64,000 nt of DNA, from the NCBI GenBank assembly GCA_045811485.1, contig JBJMTX010000021.1:18570-82569 (forward strand). The letters are read 5' to 3'. Position 1 is the first letter of the stretch. Each line of letters begins with the position of its first letter. The translations under genes were made by a program, and so were the position numbers. The stretch comes from Allosphingosinicella sp. Its GTDB lineage: Bacteria; Pseudomonadota; Alphaproteobacteria; Sphingomonadales; Sphingomonadaceae. Of this stretch, positions 1-9,524 are shown piece by piece. The notes beneath the pieces are model-generated. The model saw only the letters and a list, made by a program, of their open reading frames with translations. It searched no databases and had not been told where the DNA came from.

Positions 1-1
1 T

Positions 2-379
2 GGGATCAAGACGGTCGACGGCCCCTGCTCGGCCGTCGCCGCGCACGAGGATTGCATCGTCGTCGACACGGCGGACGGCCATTACACGTTCGACAGCGTC
101 TATCCGGCGCTCGGCTCCGATACCCACACCGAGCTCGCCGAGCAGGTCGGCGCCGAGCTCTCCGGCGATTCCGGCTGCATCCTGGTCGACAGCCACCAGC
201 GCACCAGCGTGCCCGGCCTCTACGCCGCCGGCGACGTCGTCCTCGGCCTCGACCAGATCAGCCACGCCATGGGCGAAGGCGGAGTCGCGGCGACGACGAT
301 CCGCAACGATCTCGCGCGGGAGCGGCCGATCCTTCGCGAGGCGCTGAGCGGGTCGGTTCGGGCGAAGGGTTCGGGCTAG
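2..379 (+). CDS. NAD(P)/FAD-dependent oxidoreductase (thioredoxin reductase-like), C-terminal part; 5' end is outside the window
   Basis: Manual translation of frame +2: ...ILVDSHQRTSVPGLYAAGDVVLGLDQISHAMGEGGVAA...; the TSxPGxYAAGD FAD-binding motif; TAG at 377-379. Not in the ORF track. Confidence 0.85.
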   Translation, partial: GIKTVDGPCSAVAAHEDCIVVDTADGHYTFDSVYPALGSDTHTELAEQVGAELSGDSGCILVDSHQRTSVPGLYAAGDVVLGLDQISHAMGEGGVAATTIRNDLARERPILREALSGSVRAKGSG

Positions 380-858
380 GCGAGGAAATCGGGGTCGACG
401 ACGATTCGGCCGTCGATCAGGTCGGCGATCCCCTCCCGGAACGGGACCATCGAACGGCGACCGCCCGGCCTCTCGATCTCGAGCAGGTCTCCGGCCCCGA
501 AATTCTCGACCGCCGCGACCGTACCGAGCGATTCTCCGCCGCGATCCTCGCAGGCGAGGCCGATCAGGTCGGAATGATAATATTCGCCCTCGTCGAGCGG
601 CGGCAAAGCGGACCTGGGGACGCTGAGCAGCTCGCCGCGCAACGCCTCCGCCGCGCTCCGGTCGGCGACCTCGGCGAAGCGCACGATCGGCATCCGCCCG
701 TCCTTCACCGAAGCGAGGGTGAGGATTCGGTCCCCTACCCTCACCTGGCTGTGCCGCTTCAGGCTGCCCGCCCCCTCGGCGAACAATTTAAGCCGCACCT
801 CGCCGCTTATGCCGTGGGCTCCGGCAACAGCGGCGAGGGCGACCTGCTCTTCAGACAA
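376..858 (-). CDS. rimM: 16S rRNA processing protein RimM
   Basis: GAHGISGEVRL, EGEYYHSDLIGL and NFGAGDLLEI motifs; directly downstream of rpsP. Confidence 0.97.
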   Translation of the reverse strand: MSEEQVALAAVAGAHGISGEVRLKLFAEGAGSLKRHSQVRVGDRILTLASVKDGRMPIVRFAEVADRSAAEALRGELLSVPRSALPPLDEGEYYHSDLIGLACEDRGGESLGTVAAVENFGAGDLLEIERPGGRRSMVPFREGIADLIDGRIVVDPDFLA

Positions 859-860
859 AG

Positions 861-1652
861 TTACTCGGCCTTCTCGGCGCCTTCCGCCGGAGCGGCCTCA
901 TCCGAGCCTTCGGCCGGCTCGCTGGTCGACACGCCCTCATTGGGCGCCTCGTCGGCCGGAGTCGCCTCGGCCTCGGCGGCAGGCGCCTCGGCAGCGGGAG
1001 CTTCCTCGGCAGCGGGCGCCTCCTCGGCGGCCGGAGCCTCCTCGGCGACAGTGGCTTCCTCCGGAGCCGGAGCTTCTTCGGCCGCGGGAGTCTCCTCAGC
1101 GGCCGGGGCCTCCTCAGCGGCCGGAGCTTCCTCAGCGGCCGGAGCTTCCTCAGCGGCCGGAGCTTCCTCAGCGGCCGGAGCCTCTTCCGCAGCGGGAGCT
1201 TCCTCAGCGACCGGCGCTTCCGCAGCGGCCTCTTCGGCAACGACCTCTTCGGCCGGAGCCTCCTCGGCGGCAGCCTCTTCGGTCACTTCTTCCTCGGCCG
1301 GAGCGGCGGCGGCCTCGACCTCGCGGGCGGCCCGCTCCTCGGCGCGCTCCTTCGCCTTCTCGCCCGGCTCGCCCTTCTTCGGGTTGCTCCGGGCGGGACG
1401 CTCCCTCACACCGGCGGCGTCGAGGAAACGGGCGACCCGGTCGGTCGGCTGAGCGCCGACCGACAGCCAGTAATTGGCGCGGTCGGCGTCGAGCTTCACG
1501 CGCTCCGGGCTGTCCTTGGGAAGCAGCGGATTGTAGCTTCCGATCCGCTCGAGCACCTTGCCGTCGCGGGCGGTGCGGGCGTCGGCGACGACGATCTTGT
1601 AATAGGGGCGCTTCTTCGCGCCGCCCCGGGAAAGCCGGATTGAAACTGCCAT
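861..1652 (-). CDS. rpsP: 30S ribosomal protein S16 with a long acidic Ala/Glu/Pro tail
   Basis: [26 protein letters not shown]...GSYNPLL; about 140 aa of low-complexity C-terminal extension. Confidence 0.98.
   Translation of the reverse strand: MAVSIRLSRGGAKKRPYYKIVVADARTARDGKVLERIGSYNPLLPKDSPERVKLDADRANYWLSVGAQPTDRVARFLDAAGVRERPARSNPKKGEPGEKAKERAEERAAREVEAAAAPAEEEVTEEAAAEEAPAEEVVAEEAAAEAPVAEEAPAAEEAPAAEEAPAAEEAPAAEEAPAAEEAPAAEETPAAEEAPAPEEATVAEEAPAAEEAPAAEEAPAAEAPAAEAEATPADEAPNEGVSTSEPAEGSDEAAPAEGAEKAE
985..1225 (-). repeat. Coding tandem repeat, 18-bp unit (APAAEE), about 13 imperfect copies
   Basis: The unit gcggccggagcttcctca recurs on the + strand; the protein reads APAAEE repeatedly. 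Confidence 0.9.
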
Positions 1653-1679
1653 TTTATATTCCTTCTCTGATGCTTAAAT

Positions 1680-3152
1680 CTATTTCTTCATGAATTTTTC
1701 GAAACCGGGCGGGAGGTTCATCGGCGCTCCGCTCTGGCCGGGAAGTCCGGGCATGCCGCCGCCGCCGGGCATTCCGCCCATCCCGCCCATTCCGCCGAAG
1801 CCGCCACCGCCGCCGCCGCCGCCGAACAGGGCGCCGAGCTTGCCGAGGCCGCCCATCTTCCGGATCTTCTTCATCGCCCCGGCCATGTCCTGGTGCATCT
1901 TGAGGAGCTTGTTGACCTCCTGCACCGTCCGCCCGGAGCCCTTGGCCACCCGGATCTTGCGCTTGGCGTTGAGCAGCTCGGGGCGCGAACGCTCCTTCGG
2001 GGTCATCGAGCCGATGATCGCGTCGAGATGGACGAGCACCTTGTTGTCCATCCCGCTCGCCTCCATCGCGCCGGAAATCTTCTTCATCCCGGGAAGCATG
2101 GCGGCGAGGCCCGTGATTCCGCCCATGCGCTGCATCTGGCCGAGCTGGGCGCGAAGGTCGTTGAGGTCGAACTGGCCCTTGGCCATCTTCCGGGCGAGGG
2201 CTTCCGCCTCCTCGACCTGGATCGTCTCCTGGGCGCGTTCGACGAGGCCGACGACATCGCCCATGCCGAGGATCCGTCCCGCCACCCGCTCGGGGTGGAA
2301 GGCCTCCAGCGCCTCGATCCCCTCGCCGACGCCGGCGAACTTGATCGGCTTGCCGGTGACGGCGCGCATCGACAGGGCCGCGCCTCCGCGGGCGTCGCCG
2401 TCGAGACGGGTGAGGACGATTCCGGTCAGCGGCACCTGCGACGAGAAGCTCGAGGCGACGTTGACCGCGTCCTGGCCGGTCAGTGCGTCGACGACGAGCA
2501 GGATTTCCTGAGGCGCCGAGACGTCGGCGACCGCCTTCATCTCGTCCATCAGCGCCTGATCGACGTGGAGCCGACCGGCGGTGTCGAGGAGAAGCACGTC
2601 GAAGCCCTGGAGGCGCGAAGCCTGGAGCGCGCGCCGGGCGATGTCGACCGGCTGTTGGCCGGCGACGATGGGAAGCGTGGCGACCTCGGCCTTCTCGCCG
2701 AGCACCCGCAGCTGCTCCTGGGCGGCGGGCCGGGCGACGTCGAGCGACGCCATCATCACCTTCTTGCCGCCCTTCTCGCGAAGCCGGCGGGCGATCTTGG
2801 CGGTGGTCGTCGTCTTGCCCGAGCCCTGAAGGCCGACCATCATCACCACCGCCGGCGGAGTGACGTCGATCTCGAGCTCCGAGGCGTCGGCGCCGAGCAT
2901 CTCGACGAGCGCGTCGTGGACGATCTTGACGACCTGCTGGCCCGGCGTGACCGATCTCAGCACCTGCTGGCCGACGGCCTGCTCGGTCGCCCGGTCGACG
3001 AACTCGCGGACGACGGGCAGCGCCACGTCCGCCTCGAGCAGGGCGATCCGGACCTCGCGCATCGCCCCGCGCACGTCGGCCTCGCTGAGCGCGCCGCGGC
3101 CGCGCAGGCGTTCGAAGACGGCGCCGAGGCGGTCGCTGAGACTGTCGAACAT
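1680..3152 (-). CDS. ffh: Signal recognition particle protein Ffh
   Basis: GLQGSGKTTT, DTAGR and GDARGGAALS motifs; Met/Gly-rich M domain. Confidence 0.99.
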   Translation of the reverse strand: MFDSLSDRLGAVFERLRGRGALSEADVRGAMREVRIALLEADVALPVVREFVDRATEQAVGQQVLRSVTPGQQVVKIVHDALVEMLGADASELEIDVTPPAVVMMVGLQGSGKTTTTAKIARRLREKGGKKVMMASLDVARPAAQEQLRVLGEKAEVATLPIVAGQQPVDIARRALQASRLQGFDVLLLDTAGRLHVDQALMDEMKAVADVSAPQEILLVVDALTGQDAVNVASSFSSQVPLTGIVLTRLDGDARGGAALSMRAVTGKPIKFAGVGEGIEALEAFHPERVAGRILGMGDVVGLVERAQETIQVEEAEALARKMAKGQFDLNDLRAQLGQMQRMGGITGLAAMLPGMKKISGAMEASGMDNKVLVHLDAIIGSMTPKERSRPELLNAKRKIRVAKGSGRTVQEVNKLLKMHQDMAGAMKKIRKMGGLGKLGALFGGGGGGGGFGGMGGMGGMPGGGGMPGLPGQSGAPMNLPPGFEKFMKK

Positions 3153-3320
3153 GCTCTTCCTTCCTCGGCCTTGCCTCGAACGCGAAAAACGCCGGCGGGC
3201 GAAACCTCGCCGGCCAGCGCGCGCCCCCAGAGGCGCTGTTCTTATCCCTCAAGGGATGTGGGGGCGCATAGCCGCGAGGGGAAGAGATGGCAAGGGTAGC
3301 TCCCTAAGACCGGATGAGGA

Positions 3321-3500
3321 CTACCACGACGCGGGTGGGGGTCCCGTCCGTCGGCTGACCCGATTTTCGACCTCCTGCAGCTGGGCGCTGGTGAGGACAC
3401 CCGCGTCCAGCAGCTCTTGCATCAGTTCGTGCACCATCGCCTGGATATGCTCGAGTGCGATGTTGTGATCTACTTGGCGTTCTTCAATCGATCGGATCAT
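3321..3500 (-). CDS. Small hypothetical protein, 59 aa
   Basis: MIRSIEERQVDHNIALEHIQAMVHELMQELLDAGVLTSAQLQEVENRVSRRTGPPPASW; AAGGGAG SD-like sequence upstream; below the ORF-track cutoff. Confidence 0.6.
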   Translation of the reverse strand: MIRSIEERQVDHNIALEHIQAMVHELMQELLDAGVLTSAQLQEVENRVSRRTGPPPASW

Positions 3501-3593
3501 AGCGCTGCTCCCTTAAACGCGCGGCTGTCGGTTGGCGCACTTTGACCTCTACAGCCTTACGGGAACCTGTCGGCCTGGCTGGCGAACGTGAAG

Positions 3594-3746
3594 TCACGTG
3601 ATCGTATAGACACTCGTCGGGTCGCTGGCGGGGAAAGTCTCCTTCAGCGCTTCGTCGAGCAACTCGTCCTGGGTGGGGCCGCCAGGCCGCTCCCGCAAAG
3701 GCGCGGCAGAACCGCGGAGTGGAGGCGAAGGGCGAGGCTTGGTCAT
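3594..3746 (-). CDS. Small hypothetical protein, 50 aa, with a DEALxETFPASDP motif
   Basis: MTKPRPSPPLRGSAAPLRERPGGPTQDELLDEALKETFPASDPTSVYTIT; I recognise the motif from small bacterial hypothetical proteins. Confidence 0.7.
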   Translation of the reverse strand: MTKPRPSPPLRGSAAPLRERPGGPTQDELLDEALKETFPASDPTSVYTIT

Positions 3747-3945
3747 GATTTGATATTCCCCGTCATTTCCTGAACCGTCGCTGCTTCTCAGCCGCCGGTG
3801 GCGTCGTCCTCGCTGTAGCTCTGGGCGCCCACTCCGGCGAGGCGGCCGCTCTCGACGATCAGATATTGGTTGCCGATCGACGCCCTCATCTTACACGAGA
3901 TCGTTCCGGCTGGCGAACGATCCGATTAGGGCGCATGACCGCCCG

Positions 3946-4590
3946 ATGAAACGCATCTTGGTCCTCGCTGCCTTGCTCACGCTGGCGGCGCCTTCCATCG
4001 CGGCCGGACCCAACCCTGTCGGTCGCTACCGCCTGACGGGGGAGCAGGATGCGGCCTCAGAGCTGATAATCCGCAAGGACGGCCATTTCGCCTACGCCCT
4101 CGCCTACGGCGCGCTCGACGAGCAGGCGGAGGGGCGCTGGCGGCGGGAGGGCGGCAGGATCTACCTCACCACCGAGCCCAAGCCGGTGCCGGCCGCCTTC
4201 GCCGCGGGCGAAGCGACCCGGACGGACGAGACTCCGCTTCGCCTTCGGGTGGTCTGGGACGGCACCGATCGCGGGGTCGCCACCGTCGACCTGCGGGTCG
4301 GCTTCACCGACGGCGGAACGGTCGAGGACTATACGCAGGAGGACGGCTGGTCGCTCGACCCGGCGGAAACCAGGAAACCGGCGTGGGTCGAGCTGTGGCT
4401 CGGCATGTTCGGCCTCCCCCCGACCCGGTTCCCGGTCGATCCCGCGCGCTGGAATTCACTCACATTCAGGCTGATCCCGCACGACCTCGGCACTTACGAT
4501 TTCGAGGACATGCAGCTCGACATCGCCCCCGGGCGGCTGGTGATGCATCGCGGCGAGGCTTTGCTCGTCTACCAGCGCCTCGGGAAGTAG
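3946..4590 (+). CDS. Secreted hypothetical protein
   Basis: Signal peptide MKRILVLAALLTLAAPSIAA; plausible globular sequence. Confidence 0.8.
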   Translation: MKRILVLAALLTLAAPSIAAGPNPVGRYRLTGEQDAASELIIRKDGHFAYALAYGALDEQAEGRWRREGGRIYLTTEPKPVPAAFAAGEATRTDETPLRLRVVWDGTDRGVATVDLRVGFTDGGTVEDYTQEDGWSLDPAETRKPAWVELWLGMFGLPPTRFPVDPARWNSLTFRLIPHDLGTYDFEDMQLDIAPGRLVMHRGEALLVYQRLGK

Positions 4591-4623
4591 ACCGGCGGCC
4601 TGTCGGCGCCTAAGCGGCCGTCC

Positions 4624-5082
4624 ATGAGCGAGCCTTTGATCCTCGTCGACGCCGACGCCTGCCCGGTGAAGGAAGAGATCTACAAGGTCGCCTTCCGCCA
4701 CGGCGCTTCGATCAGGATCGTCAGCAACGCCCATCTTCGAGTGCCCGAGCATCCGTCGATCGAACGGGTGGTCGTGAGCTCCGGGTTCGACGCCGCGGAC
4801 GACTGGATCGCGGAAAGGGCCGGTCCGGCCTGCGTGGTGGTCACCGGCGACATCCTGCTCGCCGACCGGTGCCTGAAGGCGGGCGCGACCGTGATCGCCC
4901 CCAACGGCCGACCCTTCACCTCCGCCTCGATCGGCGCGGCGGTGGCGACTCGCGCGATCATGGCGGACCTGCGCGCCGGGATGGACGGACCCGGCGGCGG
5001 CCCGCCGCCCTTCGCCAAAGCGGACCGCTCGCGCTTCCTCTCAGCGCTCGACGAGGCGCTGGTGCGGCTGAAGCGCCGCTAG
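4624..5082 (+). CDS. YaiI/YqxD (UPF0178) family protein
   Basis: ILVDADACPVK, DAADDWI and VVTGDILLA motifs. Confidence 0.93.
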   Translation: MSEPLILVDADACPVKEEIYKVAFRHGASIRIVSNAHLRVPEHPSIERVVVSSGFDAADDWIAERAGPACVVVTGDILLADRCLKAGATVIAPNGRPFTSASIGAAVATRAIMADLRAGMDGPGGGPPPFAKADRSRFLSALDEALVRLKRR

Positions 5083-5321
5083 CGGCCGCCGATATTCTCG
5101 CGGACGAGCACCGGTTCGATGCAGCGGCCGCGCGTCTGGACCACGGCGAAGATCAGATCGGCGGGCGGCTCCTCGTCGAGCCGGCGCGGCCGGGCCGGCT
5201 GGCCTTTGACCGCCTCGCGGACCAGACCGCCCGGCTTGCACAAAGGCGAAGCCGGCGCCGGCGCCGGAGCGGCGGCCGCGGCCGGAACCGCCAGCAGGGA
5301 CAGAAGCAGGATCGCTCTCAT
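5079..5321 (-). CDS. Small secreted hypothetical protein, 80 aa, two Cys
   Basis: MRAILLLSLLAVPAAAAA...LDEEPPADLIFAVVQTRGRCIEPVLVRENIGGR; GGGAG SD; it is the tail of shadow ORF 5079..6587. Confidence 0.75.
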   Translation of the reverse strand: MRAILLLSLLAVPAAAAAPAPAPASPLCKPGGLVREAVKGQPARPRRLDEEPPADLIFAVVQTRGRCIEPVLVRENIGGR

Positions 5322-5381
5322 GACGTCTCCCTTTCCTTCCATTAGATTAGCCCAAACGCTCAGGAATTGGGAGAGGTCGCG

Positions 5382-5780
5382 ATGAAAAGGACGGCGAGCT
5401 GCCGCTGCGGCGCGCTCAAGGCGACGGTGACCGGCGAGCCCGAGCGCATATCGGTCTGCCATTGCCTTCACTGCAAGACGCGGACCGGAACCGCCTTTTC
5501 GTGGAACGCCACCTATGCCGAGGACCGGGTCGAAACCCACGGCGAAGCCTCCAGCTGGACCCGCCATACCGAGGAAGGGGGCCGCTGGTGCACCTACCAT
5601 TTCTGCCCCGTCTGCGGTTCGACCGCCTGGTACCGGATCGAGGCGCGGCCCGGAATGATCACGATCCCGGCCGGAAATTTCGCCGATCCCGGCTTCGGCG
5701 AGCCCGTCGTCTCCTGGTTCGCGGGGAGGCAATGCCCGTGGCTCAGGATCGAGACGGAGGGACCGCTTCGCGAGGGCTGA
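5382..5780 (+). CDS. GFA/CENP-V family Zn-binding protein
   Basis: ASCRCG, CHCLHCK and FCPVCGS motifs. Confidence 0.92.
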   Translation: MKRTASCRCGALKATVTGEPERISVCHCLHCKTRTGTAFSWNATYAEDRVETHGEASSWTRHTEEGGRWCTYHFCPVCGSTAWYRIEARPGMITIPAGNFADPGFGEPVVSWFAGRQCPWLRIETEGPLREG

Positions 5781-5822
5781 GAGTGGACTTGCTCCACTCC
5801 CCTCCCTAGATGGCGCCGAGCG

Positions 5823-6614
5823 ATGAAGCGGCACTTCCTCAAGATGCACGGCCTGGGCAACGACTTCGTCATCTTCGACGCGCGCGAGGCGCCGCTGGAG
5901 ATGGACGAAGCGAAGGCGCGCGCCCTCGCCGACCGGCGAACGGGCATAGGCTGCGACCAGCTGATCCTGCTCGAGCCCTCGGCCGAGGCCGACGTCAGGA
6001 TGCGGATCTGGAATTCGGACGGCGGCGAGGTCGAATCCTGCGGCAACGCCGCGCGCTGCGTCGCCCTCCTGCTCGGCGGCAGGGCCCGGATCGAGACCGC
6101 GGGCGGTCTTCTCGCGGCGGAAGCGAACGGCGAAGCGGCGACGATCGACATGGGCGAGCCGCGCTTCGGCTGGGACGAGATCCCGCTCGCCTACCCGATG
6201 GACACGGCGGCGATGCCGGTCGGCTGGGAGGCTCTGCGCGAGCCTTTCGCGGTCAATGTCGGCAACCCGCACGTCGTCTTCTTCGTCGAGGATAGCGAAA
6301 AGGTGCCGCTCGACCGGCTCGGGCCGCTGATCGAGAGTGATCCGCTTTTCCCCGAACGGGTCAACGTCAACGTCGCCAGCGTCGAGGCCGGCGCCCTCCG
6401 GCTCCGGGTCTGGGAGCGCGGTGCCGGCCTCACCCGCGCCTGCGGCACCGGAGCGTGCGCGACCGCGGTCGCCGCAGTGCGGCGCAAGCTGGCCGCCAGC
6501 CCCGTCGAGGTCAGGCTTCCCGGCGGCGTGCTGACCATCGCCTGGGCGCCGGGCGGGACGATCCGGATGAGCGGCCCCGCCGCCCACGTCTTCGAGGGCG
6601 AGGTGGCGCTGTGA
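5823..6614 (+). CDS. dapF: Diaminopimelate epimerase
   Basis: KMHGLGNDF, SCGNA, VGNPH, ERG and ACGTGA motifs. Confidence 0.98.
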   Translation: MKRHFLKMHGLGNDFVIFDAREAPLEMDEAKARALADRRTGIGCDQLILLEPSAEADVRMRIWNSDGGEVESCGNAARCVALLLGGRARIETAGGLLAAEANGEAATIDMGEPRFGWDEIPLAYPMDTAAMPVGWEALREPFAVNVGNPHVVFFVEDSEKVPLDRLGPLIESDPLFPERVNVNVASVEAGALRLRVWERGAGLTRACGTGACATAVAAVRRKLAASPVEVRLPGGVLTIAWAPGGTIRMSGPAAHVFEGEVAL

Positions 6615-7975
6615 GCGGGCTCGAGGTCATCACTTTGGGCTGCCGGCTCAACGCCGCCGAGAGCGAGGCGATGCGCGCGCTGGCGGGCGGCGAGGACGAT
6701 CTCGTCATCGTCAACAGTTGCGCCGTCACCAACGAAGCGGTGCGCCAGACCCGCCAGGCGATCCGCAAGGCCAAGCGCGCCCGGCCCGAGGCGCGCGTCG
6801 TGGTGACGGGCTGCGCGGCCCAGATCGAGCCGGAAACTTTCGCGGCGATGCCGGAAGTGGACGGGGTCGTCGGCAATGGGGAGAAGTTCGACCTCTCGTC
6901 GTTCCAGCGCAGGCTGGAACCCCAGGGGGCGAAGACTTCGGAGCCTGTTCTCGCTGGGGCCCCAGCCTTCGCTGGGGCGACGGTTTCCGATATCTTCGCC
7001 GTGCGCGAGACCGCGCCGCACCTCGCCGTCGGCTTCGCCGAGCGCCACCGCGCCTTCGTCGAGGTGCAGAATGGCTGCGACCATCGCTGCACCTTCTGCA
7101 TCATTCCCTACGGGCGCGGGAACAGCCGAAGCGTGCCGGCGGGGCTGGTCGTCGAGCGGATCAAGGCCTTGGCCGGCGAGGGCTTCCGCGAGGTGGTGCT
7201 GACCGGGGTCGACGTGACCAGCTACGGCCCGGACCTCCCCGGCGCGCCGACCTTGGGCATGCTGATCGAGCGAATCCTTCGCCACGTGCCGGAGCTTGAG
7301 CGCCTCCGCCTCTCCTCGCTCGACTGCATCGAGATCGACGAGCGGCTTGAGGACATCGTCGCCCACGAGCCGCGCTTCATGCCGCACCTCCATATGAGCT
7401 TCCAGTCCGGCGACGACATGATCCTCAAGCGGATGAAGCGCCGCCACTGCCGCGCCCAGGCGGTCGCGACGGTCGCCCGGCTCAAGGCGAGGCGGCCGCA
7501 GCTGGCGATCGGCGCGGACCTCATCGCCGGCTTCCCCACCGAGACCGAGGCGATGCACGAGAACAGCGTCCGGCTGGTCGACGAGTGCGATATCGTCATG
7601 GGGCACATCTTCCCCTTCTCGCCGAAGCGGGGCACGCCGGCGGCGCGGATGCCGCTGGTCGAGCCGGCGGTGGTCAAGGAGCGGGCGCGGCGGCTGCGAG
7701 AGGCTTGCGCGCGGCGCAAGGCGGGGTGGCTGCACGGACTGGCGGGGACGACTCAGCGTGTGCTGGTGGAGAAGGACGGTCGCGGTCACGCGGAGAATTT
7801 CGCGCCGGTGGCAATGTTCCGTCACCCCCGCGAAAGCGGGGGTCCCGCTTCTTCGTCTGACACGGCGCCGGAAGAGAAGAAGCGGGATTCCCGCTTTCGC
7901 GGGAATGACGGGGAGATAATCTCCGTCCTCATCACCGCCGTCGAAGCCGGCACCCTCGTCGGGACCCCCGTATGA
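6611..7975 (+). CDS. mtaB: tRNA t6A37 methylthiotransferase MtaB, carrying two in-frame palindromic insertions
   Basis: GTG start at 6611; TLGCRLN, VNSCAVT and QNGCDHRCTFCIIP (radical SAM) motifs; dapF-mtaB-ftsY order. Confidence 0.95.
   Translation: MSGLEVITLGCRLNAAESEAMRALAGGEDDLVIVNSCAVTNEAVRQTRQAIRKAKRARPEARVVVTGCAAQIEPETFAAMPEVDGVVGNGEKFDLSSFQRRLEPQGAKTSEPVLAGAPAFAGATVSDIFAVRETAPHLAVGFAERHRAFVEVQNGCDHRCTFCIIPYGRGNSRSVPAGLVVERIKALAGEGFREVVLTGVDVTSYGPDLPGAPTLGMLIERILRHVPELERLRLSSLDCIEIDERLEDIVAHEPRFMPHLHMSFQSGDDMILKRMKRRHCRAQAVATVARLKARRPQLAIGADLIAGFPTETEAMHENSVRLVDECDIVMGHIFPFSPKRGTPAARMPLVEPAVVKERARRLREACARRKAGWLHGLAGTTQRVLVEKDGRGHAENFAPVAMFRHPRESGGPASSSDTAPEEKKRDSRFRGNDGEIISVLITAVEAGTLVGTPV
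6897..6982. repeat. CGTC-tagged palindromic dimer (family A) inside mtaB
   Basis: CGTC-GTTCCAGCGCAGGCTGGAAC...GGGGCCCCAGCCTTCGCTGGGGC-GACG. Confidence 0.85.
7820..7910. repeat. CGTC-tagged palindromic dimer (family A) inside mtaB
   Basis: CGTC-ACCCCCGCGAAAGCGGGGGTCC...GGATTCCCGCTTTCGCGGGAAT-GACG. Confidence 0.9.
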
Positions 7976-8901
7976 GCGAGGCGACGTGGCTCGACCGGCT
8001 GCAGGCCGGGTTCAGGAAGACTTCGGAACGGCTCGGCGACAATCTCACCGGCCTGTTCACCAAAGCGGCGCTCGACGAGGCGACGCTCGAGGAGATCGAG
8101 GAGGCGCTGATCGCCTCCGACCTCGGCCCGGCCACGGCGGGCAAAATCCGCAACCGTCTCGCCGCCGAGCGATTCGAGCGCGGACTTTCCGAATATGCGG
8201 TTCGCGAGATCGTCGCCGAGGAGCTCGAGAAGGTGCTCGCGCCGGTCGCGGTACCGCTCCAGATCGACGCTTTCCCCCGCCCCCAGGTGATCCTCGTCGT
8301 CGGAGTGAACGGCTCGGGCAAGACGACCACCATCGCCAAGCTCGGCCACCTCCTGCTCGAGCAGGATTACGGAGTCCTGCTCGCCGCCGGCGATACGTTC
8401 CGGGCCGCCGCGATCGAGCAATTGAAGATATGGGCTGACCGGATCGGAGTCCCCGTCATCGCCGGTCCCGAGGGCGGCGACAGCTCGGCGATCGTCTTCG
8501 ACGGGGTCAAGAAGGGCACCGCCGAGGGCATCGACACGCTGATTGTCGACACGGCCGGCCGGCTTCAGAACAAGAAGGTGCTGATGGACGAGCTCGCCAA
8601 GATCCGGCGGGTGCTCGGCCGGCTCAATCCCGAAGCGCCGCACAATGTCGTGCTGGTGCTCGACGCCACCACCGGGCAGAACGCGCTCAGCCAGATCGAG
8701 GTGTTCAAGGAGGTGGCGGGCGTGACCGGGCTGATCATGACCAAGCTGGACGGCACGGCCCGAGGCGGGATCCTCGTCGCGGCGGCGGAGCAGTTCAGGC
8801 TTCCGATCCACGCCATCGGAATCGGCGAGGGCCTCGATGATCTGAGGCCCTTCGACGCGCGGGAAACCTCCCGGGCGATCGCCGGGCTTGGAAGGGAATG
8901 A
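7972..8901 (+). CDS. ftsY: SRP receptor FtsY
   Basis: GVNGSGKTTT, DTFRAAA, DTAGRLQ and TKLDGTARGG motifs. Confidence 0.98.
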   Translation: MSEATWLDRLQAGFRKTSERLGDNLTGLFTKAALDEATLEEIEEALIASDLGPATAGKIRNRLAAERFERGLSEYAVREIVAEELEKVLAPVAVPLQIDAFPRPQVILVVGVNGSGKTTTIAKLGHLLLEQDYGVLLAAGDTFRAAAIEQLKIWADRIGVPVIAGPEGGDSSAIVFDGVKKGTAEGIDTLIVDTAGRLQNKKVLMDELAKIRRVLGRLNPEAPHNVVLVLDATTGQNALSQIEVFKEVAGVTGLIMTKLDGTARGGILVAAAEQFRLPIHAIGIGEGLDDLRPFDARETSRAIAGLGRE

Positions 8902-9524
8902 ACGTGGATCAGGCGAAGAAGGAACCCTCGGCTTTCGGGCGGCTGATGATCGACCTCGGGCCGCTCGTCGTCTTCTTCCTGGTCAACTTCCTCGCGCCCG
9001 TTCCGGATTTCCTTCGAATCTTCTACGCCACCGGGGCTTTCATGGCGGCGATGATCGCGGCGATGCTGATCTCCTACCTCCGCTACCGCCAGATTTCGCC
9101 TTTGCTCTGGTTCTCCGGGATCATGGTGGTGATCCTCGGCGGGGCGACGATCTGGCTCCACAACGACGTCTTCATCAAGATGAAGCCGACAATCTATTAT
9201 CTGTTCGTCGCCGGGCTCCTCACCTTCGGCCTGATCACCCGCCGCAACCTGCTCAAGATGGTGCTCGGAAGCGCCTATCCGGGCCTTTCGGAGCGCGGCT
9301 GGATGCTTCTCTCGCGCAACTGGGCGGTCTTCTTCGCGGTGATGGCGGTGGTCAACGAAGCGGTATGGCGGAGCACTAGCACCAATTTCTGGATCGGCTT
9401 CAAGCTCTGGGGCTTCCTCCCCGCCACCTTCCTGTTCGCCCTCGCCAACGTGCCGATGCTGATGCGCCACGGCATGCAGATCGACACGGCGAAGGCCGAC
9501 CCGCCGGTGCCGCCGTCGCAATGA
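8898..9524 (+). CDS. yciB: Inner membrane YciB/IspZ septation protein
   Basis: [17 protein letters not shown] and WIGFKLWG motifs; several TM segments. Confidence 0.93.
   Translation: MNVDQAKKEPSAFGRLMIDLGPLVVFFLVNFLAPVPDFLRIFYATGAFMAAMIAAMLISYLRYRQISPLLWFSGIMVVILGGATIWLHNDVFIKMKPTIYYLFVAGLLTFGLITRRNLLKMVLGSAYPGLSERGWMLLSRNWAVFFAVMAVVNEAVWRSTSTNFWIGFKLWGFLPATFLFALANVPMLMRHGMQIDTAKADPPVPPSQ

Noticed and set aside
985-1225. 18-bp tandem repeat as a CRISPR or iteron array
   Set aside because: It has no spacers and is in frame inside rpsP.
3788-3889. 33-aa minus-strand ORF MRASIGNQYLIVESGRLAG...
   Set aside because: It has no clear SD and is too short to support without homologues.
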